DNA of 64,000 nucleotides from a virus: positions 1 to 64,000 of IMG/VR virus record IMGVR_UViG_3300031965_000005; one strand, given 5' to 3'. The notes beneath the pieces are model-generated. The model worked only from the letters and a program-made list of their open reading frames with translations. It was not told the origin of the DNA and made no database searches. Shown one piece after another: positions 8,754 to 17,149 of the stretch; the stretch's first letter is position 1, and every line of letters starts with the position of its first letter. A program made the position numbers and the translations under genes.

Positions 8754-9848
8754 TTATACTTCCGCCCAATCTAAAGAAACGGTGCATTCAGTATTATTAG
8801 TGGTAGGTAATACAGAAAACAATATACTGTTGCCAGGCAATATTTGCAGCGTATTTGCCTCTTCCACTGTAAACACACCCGCTACTACTACGCTAATACT
8901 CACTTGAGTACCGAAGCTGGTAACAGTAGGAGATGTAAACAACTGCACGATAGATGTATTAGCATCACCAATTCTCTTATTTACAGGTGTTTGAGATGTT
9001 CCATTTGCAGTTACAATTGGATTCGTATATAGCCTGAAGGTTGTAGGTTTATTAGTTGAGACAACCCCCTCAACCATGTTTCTAAGTTTCAAGGTCTTTC
9101 CACTTCCTGCAGGGTTTACAAGATATACGAAAGATAATTCTGTACCACCAGTACCGAAATTAGTTTGGGGGGCTGAGTATAGGAAAGCTTGCCCCAAATC
9201 TGCAAAGTTTTCAAATTCTAATGCTGCCGATACTTTTAATCTGCCAGTGGGGGTAGCTTGCACATTAATGAATTGCCCATCATCCGCGCCGGACAATACC
9301 GCCTTTACTAATTCGGCATCAGCTTCTTTAGAAAGAGTATCCCCAATCCTATGTGAAGATGGTTTCCCACTAAAGGGATGTAAGATGGTCTGTAGACGGA
9401 ATACCCCCTGTGGAGTTGCTCCATTTATATATCTAATACGAAAGTACCGCGCCACAGAACCAAAACTATATAATTTATTTGCCTCATTTAATGGGTCATA
9501 GGAAAACGTATCATTAGAGTCCCAATTAGTTCCATCCTGCGACCACTCAATAATAAAACCCGATGCCGCAGATGATTGATCCGAAAACAAAAAAACCGAT
9601 AAATGCGCGTAGTCTTTAATCTCTTCAGCAGTTCCGGTAAAGGTGCCACCAGCCCCAAGTGGAGTAGTGGTAGAATTACTTGTAGATATTTTTGCGGCGC
9701 TAAACGCAATTACTGCCCCATCGGTAGTTGTTAGTAAATTACGTTTCAATCCGCTGGAATCTACACCACCTATTAACGCGGGATTCTCAGTTGTTGCTTC
9801 TCCTGTGGGAGATTTCCCATCTATGGAAGACGTATTATATAAAGGCAT
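8754..9848 (-). CDS. virion protein, paralog of 9848..11338 (shared RxRYxNGATPQ domain)
   Basis: Start trimmed to MPLYNTSS (TAATG junction at 9846-9850). Contains FSDQSSAASGFIIEWSQDG...ARYFRIRYINGATPQGVFRLQTILHP. Confidence 0.55.
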   Translation of the reverse strand: MPLYNTSSIDGKSPTGEATTENPALIGGVDSSGLKRNLLTTTDGAVIAFSAAKISTSNSTTTPLGAGGTFTGTAEEIKDYAHLSVFLFSDQSSAASGFIIEWSQDGTNWDSNDTFSYDPLNEANKLYSFGSVARYFRIRYINGATPQGVFRLQTILHPFSGKPSSHRIGDTLSKEADAELVKAVLSGADDGQFINVQATPTGRLKVSAALEFENFADLGQAFLYSAPQTNFGTGGTELSFVYLVNPAGSGKTLKLRNMVEGVVSTNKPTTFRLYTNPIVTANGTSQTPVNKRIGDANTSIVQLFTSPTVTSFGTQVSISVVVAGVFTVEEANTLQILPGNSILFSVLPTTNNTECTVSLDWAEV

Positions 9849-11338
9849 TATGTGAGTTCTGTCACCTTTGTATCTCCCGCACCAGCAGAGGCCCAAATAC
9901 CATCAATTATTCCAGTATATTTTGCGGGGACTTCATAGTATGCTTGAGCTACTAACCTCACAGTATAACTAGAAGTGGAAGCAGAAGCCCCAAGTTTGAG
10001 AAACAAAAATGAGTTTGCGTCATTATAGATCGTTGCACCTTTGCGATTACTATTGGCCGCTAACAGAGTAACCGATGTTCCGCTTCTTGATACTGCGGTA
10101 ACTGTCGAACTAGAGCTAACATCATCGCTATGAACATTTAGGGAAGTTCCGGTAAAAGTCAATAAATCTGTTTGAGATTTTATATCAAGAAGTGTGACCT
10201 CACTGGCTCTAGTAGATAATAATACATCAAGTTGGTCACGCACCGATTGTATTTTAGATTCTAATTCATCGGTATTGACTTCTAAAGTGTCTGTGCTATC
10301 AATTATGGATTGCAATTTTGCTTCGACTGTATCAAGATGATCTCTTACCTCTATTAATGTTGCCTCAGTTGCTCTTGTGGATAAAGTAGCATCTAAATTT
10401 TGAATGTTTGGCGTAATATCCGCTGGAGTAAGAAGAGTTCCACCCCACTTTAGGGTGTCAGTTTTTAATTCTCCATCATCTGTAGTTTTCAAATGGACAT
10501 AGTTACCATCAGTTTTTCGTCCATTAAGAGTTGACCTAACTGTCTGAGCAAAATTTTCATCAGTTAGTGATTTGTCAAGTGGTCTGCTTATAAGACCTGT
10601 TCCCGAAGGATGAGCAACAGTGTGTAATCTAAAGATGGTCTGCGGTGTAGCGCCGTTTATATATCTAACTCTAAAAAATCGACCTCTTGATGTAAGTGCA
10701 AATGCCCTACCTACATTCGCGAAAACACTAGAACCCTCTGAAACATCTGTATTAACTCCATCACCCGACCACTCAAATTTTAATCCATCTACGGCTGAGG
10801 ACTGATCTGCAAAAACGGATACTGTAACAAATGCTGCGCTGCTCGTATCTTCATAGGCACCAGTAAAAGTAGCACTTGCGCCTAAAGATGTTGTAGATGT
10901 ATTACTTGCTAATGATGTTCCCGCTGCGGTGCTCCCCGATATTAATACTGTTCCATCGGCTAATGTCTTTATATATGTGGCATTGCCAGAAGTTTGATCT
11001 GTGGAACCTACCTTCGTTTCAGTTTTAAGAGTAGATAAGTCTACATTTAAATGCTGAAACAGGGGCGTAAGATCGACACCAGTTTGAAGCACTCCCCCCC
11101 ATTTTTCTACATTTACATCAGGACTGACATTAATAGTACCGCCATTTAATACAAGCTCAGTATCAACCTCTAATGTAGCAGTACCATCTCCATTGTCAGA
11201 TGCTCTTAATGGAAGGTAATTCAAGATTTCCCCTGTTCCAGTATCAACTATAGGTACGAATAAAGCCGGAATAGGCTTATGATTCTCATCATAGGGAAGC
11301 GCTAGAACTTTTTCGTTTTTATAATCTGGTGAAGGCAT
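9848..11338 (-). CDS. virion protein with internal LSTRA(T/S)E repeats and RxRYxNGATPQ domain
   Basis: 496 aa. Contains FADQSSAVDGLKFEWSGDG...GRFFRVRYINGATPQTIFRLHTVAHP. Repeated KWGGxL...LSTRATEATL / LSTRASEVTL segments are typical of fibre shafts. Confidence 0.55.
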   Translation of the reverse strand: MPSPDYKNEKVLALPYDENHKPIPALFVPIVDTGTGEILNYLPLRASDNGDGTATLEVDTELVLNGGTINVSPDVNVEKWGGVLQTGVDLTPLFQHLNVDLSTLKTETKVGSTDQTSGNATYIKTLADGTVLISGSTAAGTSLASNTSTTSLGASATFTGAYEDTSSAAFVTVSVFADQSSAVDGLKFEWSGDGVNTDVSEGSSVFANVGRAFALTSRGRFFRVRYINGATPQTIFRLHTVAHPSGTGLISRPLDKSLTDENFAQTVRSTLNGRKTDGNYVHLKTTDDGELKTDTLKWGGTLLTPADITPNIQNLDATLSTRATEATLIEVRDHLDTVEAKLQSIIDSTDTLEVNTDELESKIQSVRDQLDVLLSTRASEVTLLDIKSQTDLLTFTGTSLNVHSDDVSSSSTVTAVSRSGTSVTLLAANSNRKGATIYNDANSFLFLKLGASASTSSYTVRLVAQAYYEVPAKYTGIIDGIWASAGAGDTKVTELT

Positions 11339-11347
11339 ACTAAATCT

Positions 11348-11692
11348 TTACCTCTTCCAAAATTGCCACCATAGGCGCTTATTTAATTTCTGGCTAGGTT
11401 GATATGCTTTCTTGGTCTTTTCGATGTCCAGTTGAGGATTTTCGGCAGGCTCTCCCGACATGACACCGACTGATAATACCCGTTTGCCCACTAGCTTCTT
11501 TAATTCATCTAAATTGCGAGGATAAGACTCTATTGAAACTTCTTCATATCCCGTCCTTGAAAGCAACTGAGCCGCAATATGACTACTTACTAGCGTGTAT
11601 CCGCGATCTTCACTTGGAGCCCTATCAATGGCTATATCTAAAGTCCCGACTCTAGTCATGATGTAACCCTTAGGACACATTAACAATTTCAT
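11348..11692 (-). CDS. hypothetical protein downstream of the capsid gene
   Basis: 114 aa. GGAGG lies 4 nt upstream of the ATG. Confidence 0.55.
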   Translation of the reverse strand: MKLLMCPKGYIMTRVGTLDIAIDRAPSEDRGYTLVSSHIAAQLLSRTGYEEVSIESYPRNLDELKKLVGKRVLSVGVMSGEPAENPQLDIEKTKKAYQPSQKLNKRLWWQFWKR

Positions 11693-11768
11693 TCTTCCTC
11701 CAATTAAAGAAAAATCCCGATTTTAACGCCTACTGCCCACAGGTTCATATCTCAATTTTGGTGAGGAA

Positions 11769-11791
11769 GGGCGGAGCCCTTAGCTCCGCCC
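11769..11791 (-). terminator. 9-bp GC hairpin after the major capsid gene
   Basis: GGGCGGAGC-5 nt-GCTCCGCCC, 22 nt past the capsid stop. Only a weak T-run follows. Confidence 0.45.
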
Positions 11792-11812
11792 CACATCACA
11801 TATTATTAAGCC

Positions 11813-12802
11813 TTACGCGCTAACGTTGATGATTTTACCTTGAAAGGCTTCCGCCGTTACCTGAAGTACGGTAAATTCCGCCACCAGAGTTCGGTAGGCT
11901 GATTGCAACAGCGCAAGATCAATAGCGCTGAGCGGCATCAGATCCACCATCTGAATGGCGTTACCATCTTCCAAAACCGTCTTGTCATCAATGACCAGAA
12001 CTTCGCTGTCACCCGTAGAGGGCAAATAACGAGATCCAATCACATCAACGATGCCGAAGGGAGAAACCCAACGAGTAACTGAAATACCCGCCGGAATATC
12101 AGCCATCGTACCAGCACCTTGCTGGAACAAACGGTAAAATGAGTTAAGGATCAACTCATTAAACTTTTGGACTTCACGGTAGCTCATAACAAGAGCTTGC
12201 GGCTTGCCACCAACTGCAACAATTGACTGCTCTGTAGTAGTAATGGAACTAAGAGTCAAAGGATTGCTCGCTAAGTCGGTAATGTTCGTGGTAATCTGCT
12301 TGCGCAGACCATCATATTGCAAACCCGTACCAACGCTTGAATCGCCGTTGAGAATCGCCCACTCTTCCATCAGAGCTACGTTAAGCATTTTGACCTTAAT
12401 TTGATGCTTTTTGATGTCGGTGTAGGTTCCACCAGCCATCTGATCAAAAAAGCTTACCGTCACAACATCTCCAAGAGAAGTATATGGAGCGCTGACAAAC
12501 TTATACCTAGGCGTTGTCGCCGTAGGAAGACCACCCCTGTCGAAAAATCCATTCGATGGGTTAGTCCCAAGGAACAAGCCTTCTGAGCTCGACGATGGAA
12601 CCAATTTATACCAAGAATGCGCACGACCGTTACCCTGAATGCGGTTAAAACGATTCCGCAACGGAGTATCTGTCGGAGCCATAATGGCCATTTCGGCTTG
12701 CAAGTCCTCTCGCACTAATAGAAGACCGCTAACATCGACCGAACTAATCGCTTTCTGAATATCTTGGATCGCAGCGTCAACCATGCCTGCGTTAAGAGAC
12801 AT
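11813..12802 (-). CDS. major capsid protein (HK97-fold type)
   Basis: 329 aa, immediately downstream of the protease-scaffold gene. N-terminal ...MAPTDTPLRNRFNRIQGNGRAHSWYKL is capsid-like. Followed by a strong hairpin. Confidence 0.8.
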   Translation of the reverse strand: MSLNAGMVDAAIQDIQKAISSVDVSGLLLVREDLQAEMAIMAPTDTPLRNRFNRIQGNGRAHSWYKLVPSSSSEGLFLGTNPSNGFFDRGGLPTATTPRYKFVSAPYTSLGDVVTVSFFDQMAGGTYTDIKKHQIKVKMLNVALMEEWAILNGDSSVGTGLQYDGLRKQITTNITDLASNPLTLSSITTTEQSIVAVGGKPQALVMSYREVQKFNELILNSFYRLFQQGAGTMADIPAGISVTRWVSPFGIVDVIGSRYLPSTGDSEVLVIDDKTVLEDGNAIQMVDLMPLSAIDLALLQSAYRTLVAEFTVLQVTAEAFQGKIINVSA

Positions 12803-12866
12803 TTACTTTACTTTCTCCTTTCACGATTTGGGTAGTTAGGGTTGTTTTTTACTTAATTTTTAGTTA

Positions 12867-14609
12867 TTAGACTTTGCGAAGAGCATCGCTGCCAAACTTA
12901 CCATCAATCATCTTATTCAGCACACGATCTCTTTTGATCGAAAGGTCTACTGGAAGCTCTTTGCCTGGATTAGATTGCTGCCAAGCGCGAATTTCATCAT
13001 AATCCTTTCGGATCTGCTCAGTGGGCGTTGCATCAGCCTCACCATCTCCAGCACCATAAGTCTTCTCGACTTTGTACTTTCGGGGTAACGGCCTAGACTC
13101 AACAGCGTCGAGCCTTTTTTGCAATGCTTCAATCGTTCCTGCTAACTTCCTCAAGTCGGTAGATTTTTCAGCCTTCTCGGTAGAACCAGCCGCCTTGACT
13201 GTCTTTCTCTTATACGTCTTCACAGAAGGTTCGTCCTCTGAATCTTCCTCTTCGTCTTCCATTTCCGGCATATCTGCCGCCTTAACTGGACCTTTAGCTG
13301 GGTAAGCACCTTCCATAGGCTGGGTTTCATAATCAGCAGCTTCTGCTTCCGTGGCTTTGCGTCCTTCGACGCTTCCTTTCGGAGTTTCTTTGCCGCGACC
13401 TTCCACGCCCATATCCCTCTTCTCCGCCTTCTCCTCATCTTCGTCTTCCTCAGACTTCGGCATATCAGCTGCCTTGACGGGGCCTTTGACTGGATAAGCG
13501 CCTTCCTTCGGCTGAGTGCGATGTGCATCAACCTCACCCTCAGTGGCTTCCTTAGATTTTACACTACCTTCTGGAGTGGCCTTCGCATTTTCAACTTCGC
13601 TGTGGCCACCTTCCCAAGGTCTGCTCTTTGGGGGAGTACCTTCATACGCTTTGAGGAATGAACCAAGTGCTTCAGCAAGTTTAGAGACTTTATCAGTCAA
13701 CTTTTCAACTTGCTCCGTTGTAATAGCCATATCAATTTCTACACCTCCCATTTGACTAGTCATCTTGCAGAGTGTACACTCTTCCTCTTTGTGAGAGGAA
13801 CCTAAAACTTTTTTAGCTTTTTCATGCACTTCTCGCTTCTCGACATCATTCAAGCGATAAGAATCGATCTTTCGAAGAGCCGCATATGCATGCACTTTGT
13901 CAGGAATTGCTAAAATTCTCTCTTTAACAATAGCCCCTTCCGGTGATGTATATTTACGAATTAAACCGAAATCATCATCTGATAAATCTTGAAGTTCATT
14001 TGCCGACAAAATCTTCTTCTCTAACGCTGAAGATTTGTCTTTGTACTCTTTAACTTCACTCTCCAATGGATCTTGAACTTCGGTAGCCACTACCTTTCGA
14101 ATATCCTCCACCAACTCCGTCTGATGGGGCAACCCGTCTTTGTCCATCTTGACTAGAGTAAATACAGCTTCTGGATTTGCTGGATTGTCTACTAGAGATA
14201 GTTCATTCAGTTTGTATTTGGTGATACGAGTGACTTGTTTTGCAGCGTTGCTTGCTGTATCTTTGACGATCTGGACTACTTTATCAATAGTGTTTCCACC
14301 AATCGAGAATCCAGTTAGGACACCTTCTTTAACTTTCTGCCAAGTATCTTCCGCCCCTTTGGAGATGTAGGCTTTGACGAATACTCTCTTCTCTTTATCA
14401 TCAGGAACAACTTCTACAGCTTTGCCGACAGCTTTAGCTTCGTGCATTTCTCGCAGATTACCTCCCCATTCTGCGAATGCATCTTTGGAAGCCGCATAAT
14501 CAACTACTTCTCCCTGCTTATCTATCGATTCAGTAGTAGCATAACCAGAGACTGTTCTATTCTCTTTGTCTACCTTCAAAATCGGCAAGTAAAGCTTAAA
14601 ATCACTCAT
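12867..14609 (-). CDS. prohead protease (HK97/S78-like) fused to an acidic scaffold-like region
   Basis: The N-terminal ~150 aa (VSGYATTESIDKQGEVV...REMHE...GFSIGG...ELSLVDNPANPEA) matches the prohead protease pattern. The remainder is coiled-coil and Glu/Lys-rich with a tandem repeat. Confidence 0.8.
   Translation of the reverse strand: MSDFKLYLPILKVDKENRTVSGYATTESIDKQGEVVDYAASKDAFAEWGGNLREMHEAKAVGKAVEVVPDDKEKRVFVKAYISKGAEDTWQKVKEGVLTGFSIGGNTIDKVVQIVKDTASNAAKQVTRITKYKLNELSLVDNPANPEAVFTLVKMDKDGLPHQTELVEDIRKVVATEVQDPLESEVKEYKDKSSALEKKILSANELQDLSDDDFGLIRKYTSPEGAIVKERILAIPDKVHAYAALRKIDSYRLNDVEKREVHEKAKKVLGSSHKEEECTLCKMTSQMGGVEIDMAITTEQVEKLTDKVSKLAEALGSFLKAYEGTPPKSRPWEGGHSEVENAKATPEGSVKSKEATEGEVDAHRTQPKEGAYPVKGPVKAADMPKSEEDEDEEKAEKRDMGVEGRGKETPKGSVEGRKATEAEAADYETQPMEGAYPAKGPVKAADMPEMEDEEEDSEDEPSVKTYKRKTVKAAGSTEKAEKSTDLRKLAGTIEALQKRLDAVESRPLPRKYKVEKTYGAGDGEADATPTEQIRKDYDEIRAWQQSNPGKELPVDLSIKRDRVLNKMIDGKFGSDALRKV
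13265..13577 (-). repeat. in-frame tandem duplication (192-nt period) inside the protease-scaffold gene
   Basis: GGCATATC...GCCTT...GGATAAGC/GGTAAGC blocks recur at 13267 and 13459. The peptides TQP(K/M)EGAYP(V/A)KGPVKAADMP plus an acidic run are repeated. Confidence 0.7.
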
Positions 14610-14618
14610 AAATTCACC

Positions 14619-15194
14619 TCAGAAATTGATTGCGTAGTAAATGATCGCTGCATTTTCTCCAGTATTAAAATCTTTTCCAATCCCAATTCCGATGCTAGAG
14701 TTGTCAATTACTATGGGTTTATTTAATTTAATGTCGTATGAAATTCCAATACCTAAAAACTTATATAAAGCCAATAAATCTAAATTGAAATTCCAAGCAT
14801 ATGCGACTTCTAAAGCTAACCCCGCTGCCGGACTACCTGAAGTTGTAATGCCCCCCGCTAACTTTGGATGGAGATGGACTCCATAAGGTCTCAACTTCTT
14901 AACATTTCCAGCAGTAACTATAGAACCATCAAAATAAAGACTACCATCTTTAATCTTTAATTCGTGCTGTTTACCATCCCCATTTAGTAAGTGGATAGTG
15001 GTATCTTTCATATCCACTTGAATGGGACGATTCTTATAACCCCGAAGATATCCAATTCCAAAAACTAAAAGAGCTACTAGCCCTATCAATATTACAGATT
15101 TAAACGTTGTTACTGTAGCTTTAGCCCACCCCACCGCATCTAACGGATTAAGACCAGCCAAAAGCTTTTTGAAACTAAACTTTTCTTTAGCCAT
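14619..15194 (-). CDS. membrane-anchored protein with OMP-like C-terminal beta signal
   Basis: 191 aa. N-terminal TM segment VILIGLVALLVFGIGYL. The C-terminus has alternating hydrophobic strands ending AIIYYAINF (terminal Phe). Confidence 0.5.
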   Translation of the reverse strand: MAKEKFSFKKLLAGLNPLDAVGWAKATVTTFKSVILIGLVALLVFGIGYLRGYKNRPIQVDMKDTTIHLLNGDGKQHELKIKDGSLYFDGSIVTAGNVKKLRPYGVHLHPKLAGGITTSGSPAAGLALEVAYAWNFNLDLLALYKFLGIGISYDIKLNKPIVIDNSSIGIGIGKDFNTGENAAIIYYAINF

Positions 15195-15531
15195 TTCTCA
15201 ACCGCTCTATGGATTTAGTTTGATGAGCAGTTAACTTATTGAGAGTCTCTTCTAGGGCAAATTTCTTCTCAATCAGTTCATCTTCCCCAAGGGCTTTTCT
15301 TACACCAAGACTGGCTTTAGACAAGCGATTCTCAATGGCCGAGAGTTCATCTAAATAGCTCTTGAGAATAGCTCGACCACCCTCTAAATGAAGGACATAT
15401 TTATTGATAAATTGGCCATCTAGATTCTTGAGGATAGTCCCAACATCAACTGAAGTTTGAGAAGCTGATTGGGGGGATATTCCTTCGGCCATTTTTTGCA
15501 TGACAGAAGGATGTAATGCTGGTTTGCTCAT
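15187..15531 (-). CDS. coiled-coil hypothetical protein
   Basis: 114 aa. GGGAG lies upstream of the ATG. 8-nt overlap with the next ORF. Confidence 0.55.
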   Translation of the reverse strand: MSKPALHPSVMQKMAEGISPQSASQTSVDVGTILKNLDGQFINKYVLHLEGGRAILKSYLDELSAIENRLSKASLGVRKALGEDELIEKKFALEETLNKLTAHQTKSIERLRNG

Positions 15532-16191
15532 ACATAGTCTCCCAAGTCGTGTTCCTCTACAACCTATATCATATGACTACTAATACCACCGAAGCTTCCC
15601 TTGTGTTGGGAACCACCTACCCATATCATGATCATAGATATTCCAATTTACAAACCATTTAGCCCAAAGAATCGAATGCTTCAATGACCACCATAGCCGC
15701 TTCATGGCATTCTGGCGAGTGCGGCGCTTTGTCCATTTCTCAGATAGACCACCAAGCTTTACATGCTCCGCTGTGCAACTCATTCACAATCCTCCCGATT
15801 TTTGTAGCTGCCAACCCATTTTCAGTACGCGAAATATCGCTGTCTGCCCCCTTTCGGGGACGCCCTGCCTTCCAGCTTGGTTACTGTATTGTAGCCATAG
15901 GATTTCAAGGGCGGTCTCTGCGGGCTTGAAGAGGTGTACGTAGCGCTACCCACTTCCTCAACAGTGTCCATTTAGTCAGAGATTTTTCCTATTGTTACTG
16001 ATATCCAATTCCCTAAGGCTGAAGCGATGCCTTAAGTTCGACCCATTTGGGCTCCGCTTATCTTGGTCTAAATTGGACAGTAGAAATTATCAGCATCTTT
16101 GCGCTGCCTTGCGCGTTTACCGTTACGCTCTGTGCACGAGCCTCCTAGTCACCCGATGCTGATTTATAGGTTCATCTACTTAGTACAATTA
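15532..16191 (-). ncRNA. candidate large structured RNA / unassigned non-coding block
   Basis: Largest gap in the window. Hand-counted G+C is 45/57/57% for the three 60-nt lines 15781-15960, against 38% in coding line 15001-15060. It carries several hairpins, including a GAAA-capped helix (15846-15861) and a 9-bp long-range helix (16089-16097 with 16155-16163). Confidence 0.3.
15580..15783 (-). CDS. possible 67-aa basic Trp-rich peptide inside the non-coding block
   Basis: GGGAGG lies 7 nt before the ATG, and the product has 7 Trp and many Arg/Lys. It may instead be a chance ORF in structured RNA. Confidence 0.25.
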   Translation of the reverse strand: MSCTAEHVKLGGLSEKWTKRRTRQNAMKRLWWSLKHSILWAKWFVNWNIYDHDMGRWFPTQGKLRWY

Positions 16192-16389
16192 TTAGGCGCT
16201 AGTTACTGCTTCCCAAGCTGTACCATTGTAGAAATTTATCTTGTTGGTTGTGGTATTGTAGATAACTAGACCCTCAACTGCGACAAGTGCATCACGCTCT
16301 GCGGTAGTGTAACCGTGAAGAACTAAGCCACCTTCCGTAATACGAAAATTGCCCGCCCAATGATTGTCGGGTACATTATTAAGTGCCAT
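16192..16389 (-). CDS. small fibre-tip-like protein
   Basis: 65 aa. TTAERDALVAVEGLVIYNTTTNKINFYNGTAWEAV matches a motif common at the C-termini of phage or cell-surface fibre proteins. Confidence 0.55.
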   Translation of the reverse strand: MALNNVPDNHWAGNFRITEGGLVLHGYTTAERDALVAVEGLVIYNTTTNKINFYNGTAWEAVTSA

Positions 16390-16450
16390 TTGTTTCCTCT
16401 CTAATTTTTATAGTCTGTGATTTAATAGAAACTTACTCCAGTTACGTTCT

Positions 16451-17134
16451 TTATGCAGCCCTGGTGATCAATTTCCAAACCGGTGAAGCCTTCGTACCGG
16501 CATTGATATATGCATTTCCGGCATCACGATCAATATACATCGAGCCAATCTCAGCAAATGTGGCACCTGTTGTCCCATCGACGGGAACACCAGAACCATT
16601 TAAAATGCAGACCTCATGAGACATACGAACATCAGCTTTGAGAATAGCAAGATCATTATACCCATCATGTGCTGCACCATGAAGGTCAACGCCAAAATCA
16701 AATCCTGAGCCTGGAGTGCTATTGTTTGACATAGCTTTAAATGCCGCATTGGCTTTAGTCAATGCACTATCACCATCAACATAAGCAACAACCGCACCAT
16801 CCGCCTCAGTAACTCCATCTCCAATACCTGCTAAGACTCCACCAGCAGGGTAAGTAGTGGATTTCGACCCCGTTACAGAGAAATGCCCAATAACACCTGC
16901 AACGTAATTCTTCGTCTTAGTCAGTAAGTCTCCCAGCACATTCCCCATTACTGCTGCAAGAAAGCTGGAATCACCTGCGGCACTAGTCCCCGCCCCCGCC
17001 TTCAACGCCAAGTCGGATGCTGTGGGCTGAAACGAGTTTTCATCTCCATATTCCTTCTCAATACGAAGTTCCCCTACGTTGAGAATATCAGTATTTTGTG
17101 TAACCCCTGGCTCAACCACCGGCCTATCTGCCAT
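16451..17134 (-). CDS. virion structural protein (fibre/decoration-like)
   Basis: 227 aa, Gly/Ala-rich. C-terminal GSMYIDRDAGNAYINAGTKASPVWKLI. Confidence 0.45.
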   Translation of the reverse strand: MADRPVVEPGVTQNTDILNVGELRIEKEYGDENSFQPTASDLALKAGAGTSAAGDSSFLAAVMGNVLGDLLTKTKNYVAGVIGHFSVTGSKSTTYPAGGVLAGIGDGVTEADGAVVAYVDGDSALTKANAAFKAMSNNSTPGSGFDFGVDLHGAAHDGYNDLAILKADVRMSHEVCILNGSGVPVDGTTGATFAEIGSMYIDRDAGNAYINAGTKASPVWKLITRAA

Positions 17135-17149
17135 TCTACTTTTCTCCTT

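Noticed and set aside
2880-11338. Diversity-generating retroelement acting on the lectin/fibre genes
   Set aside because: No reverse transcriptase (no YxDD-containing ORF), no Avd-like gene, and no template/variable repeat pair with adenine-specific differences could be found in the window.
12947-13537. Minus-strand ORFs nested in the protease-scaffold gene (12947..13132, 13220..13537)
   Set aside because: They are alternative frames of the Glu/Lys-rich scaffold region and produce Arg/Lys-rich low-complexity translations. The main frame carries the protease domain and the tandem repeat.
15532-16191. tRNA or tmRNA genes in the large non-coding block
   Set aside because: No GGTTCGAATCC-type T-loop, no acceptor/CCA-compatible ends and no cloverleaf spacing on either strand. 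The nearest match, GGGTCGAAC, lacks flanking stems.
15541-16191. Terminal inverted repeats (MITE-like element) bounding the non-coding block
   Set aside because: The only shared element is an AACCTATA(t/a)ATCA core near both ends (15561-15572 versus the reverse complement of ~16160-16175). It is too short and imperfect, and no target-site duplication is evident.
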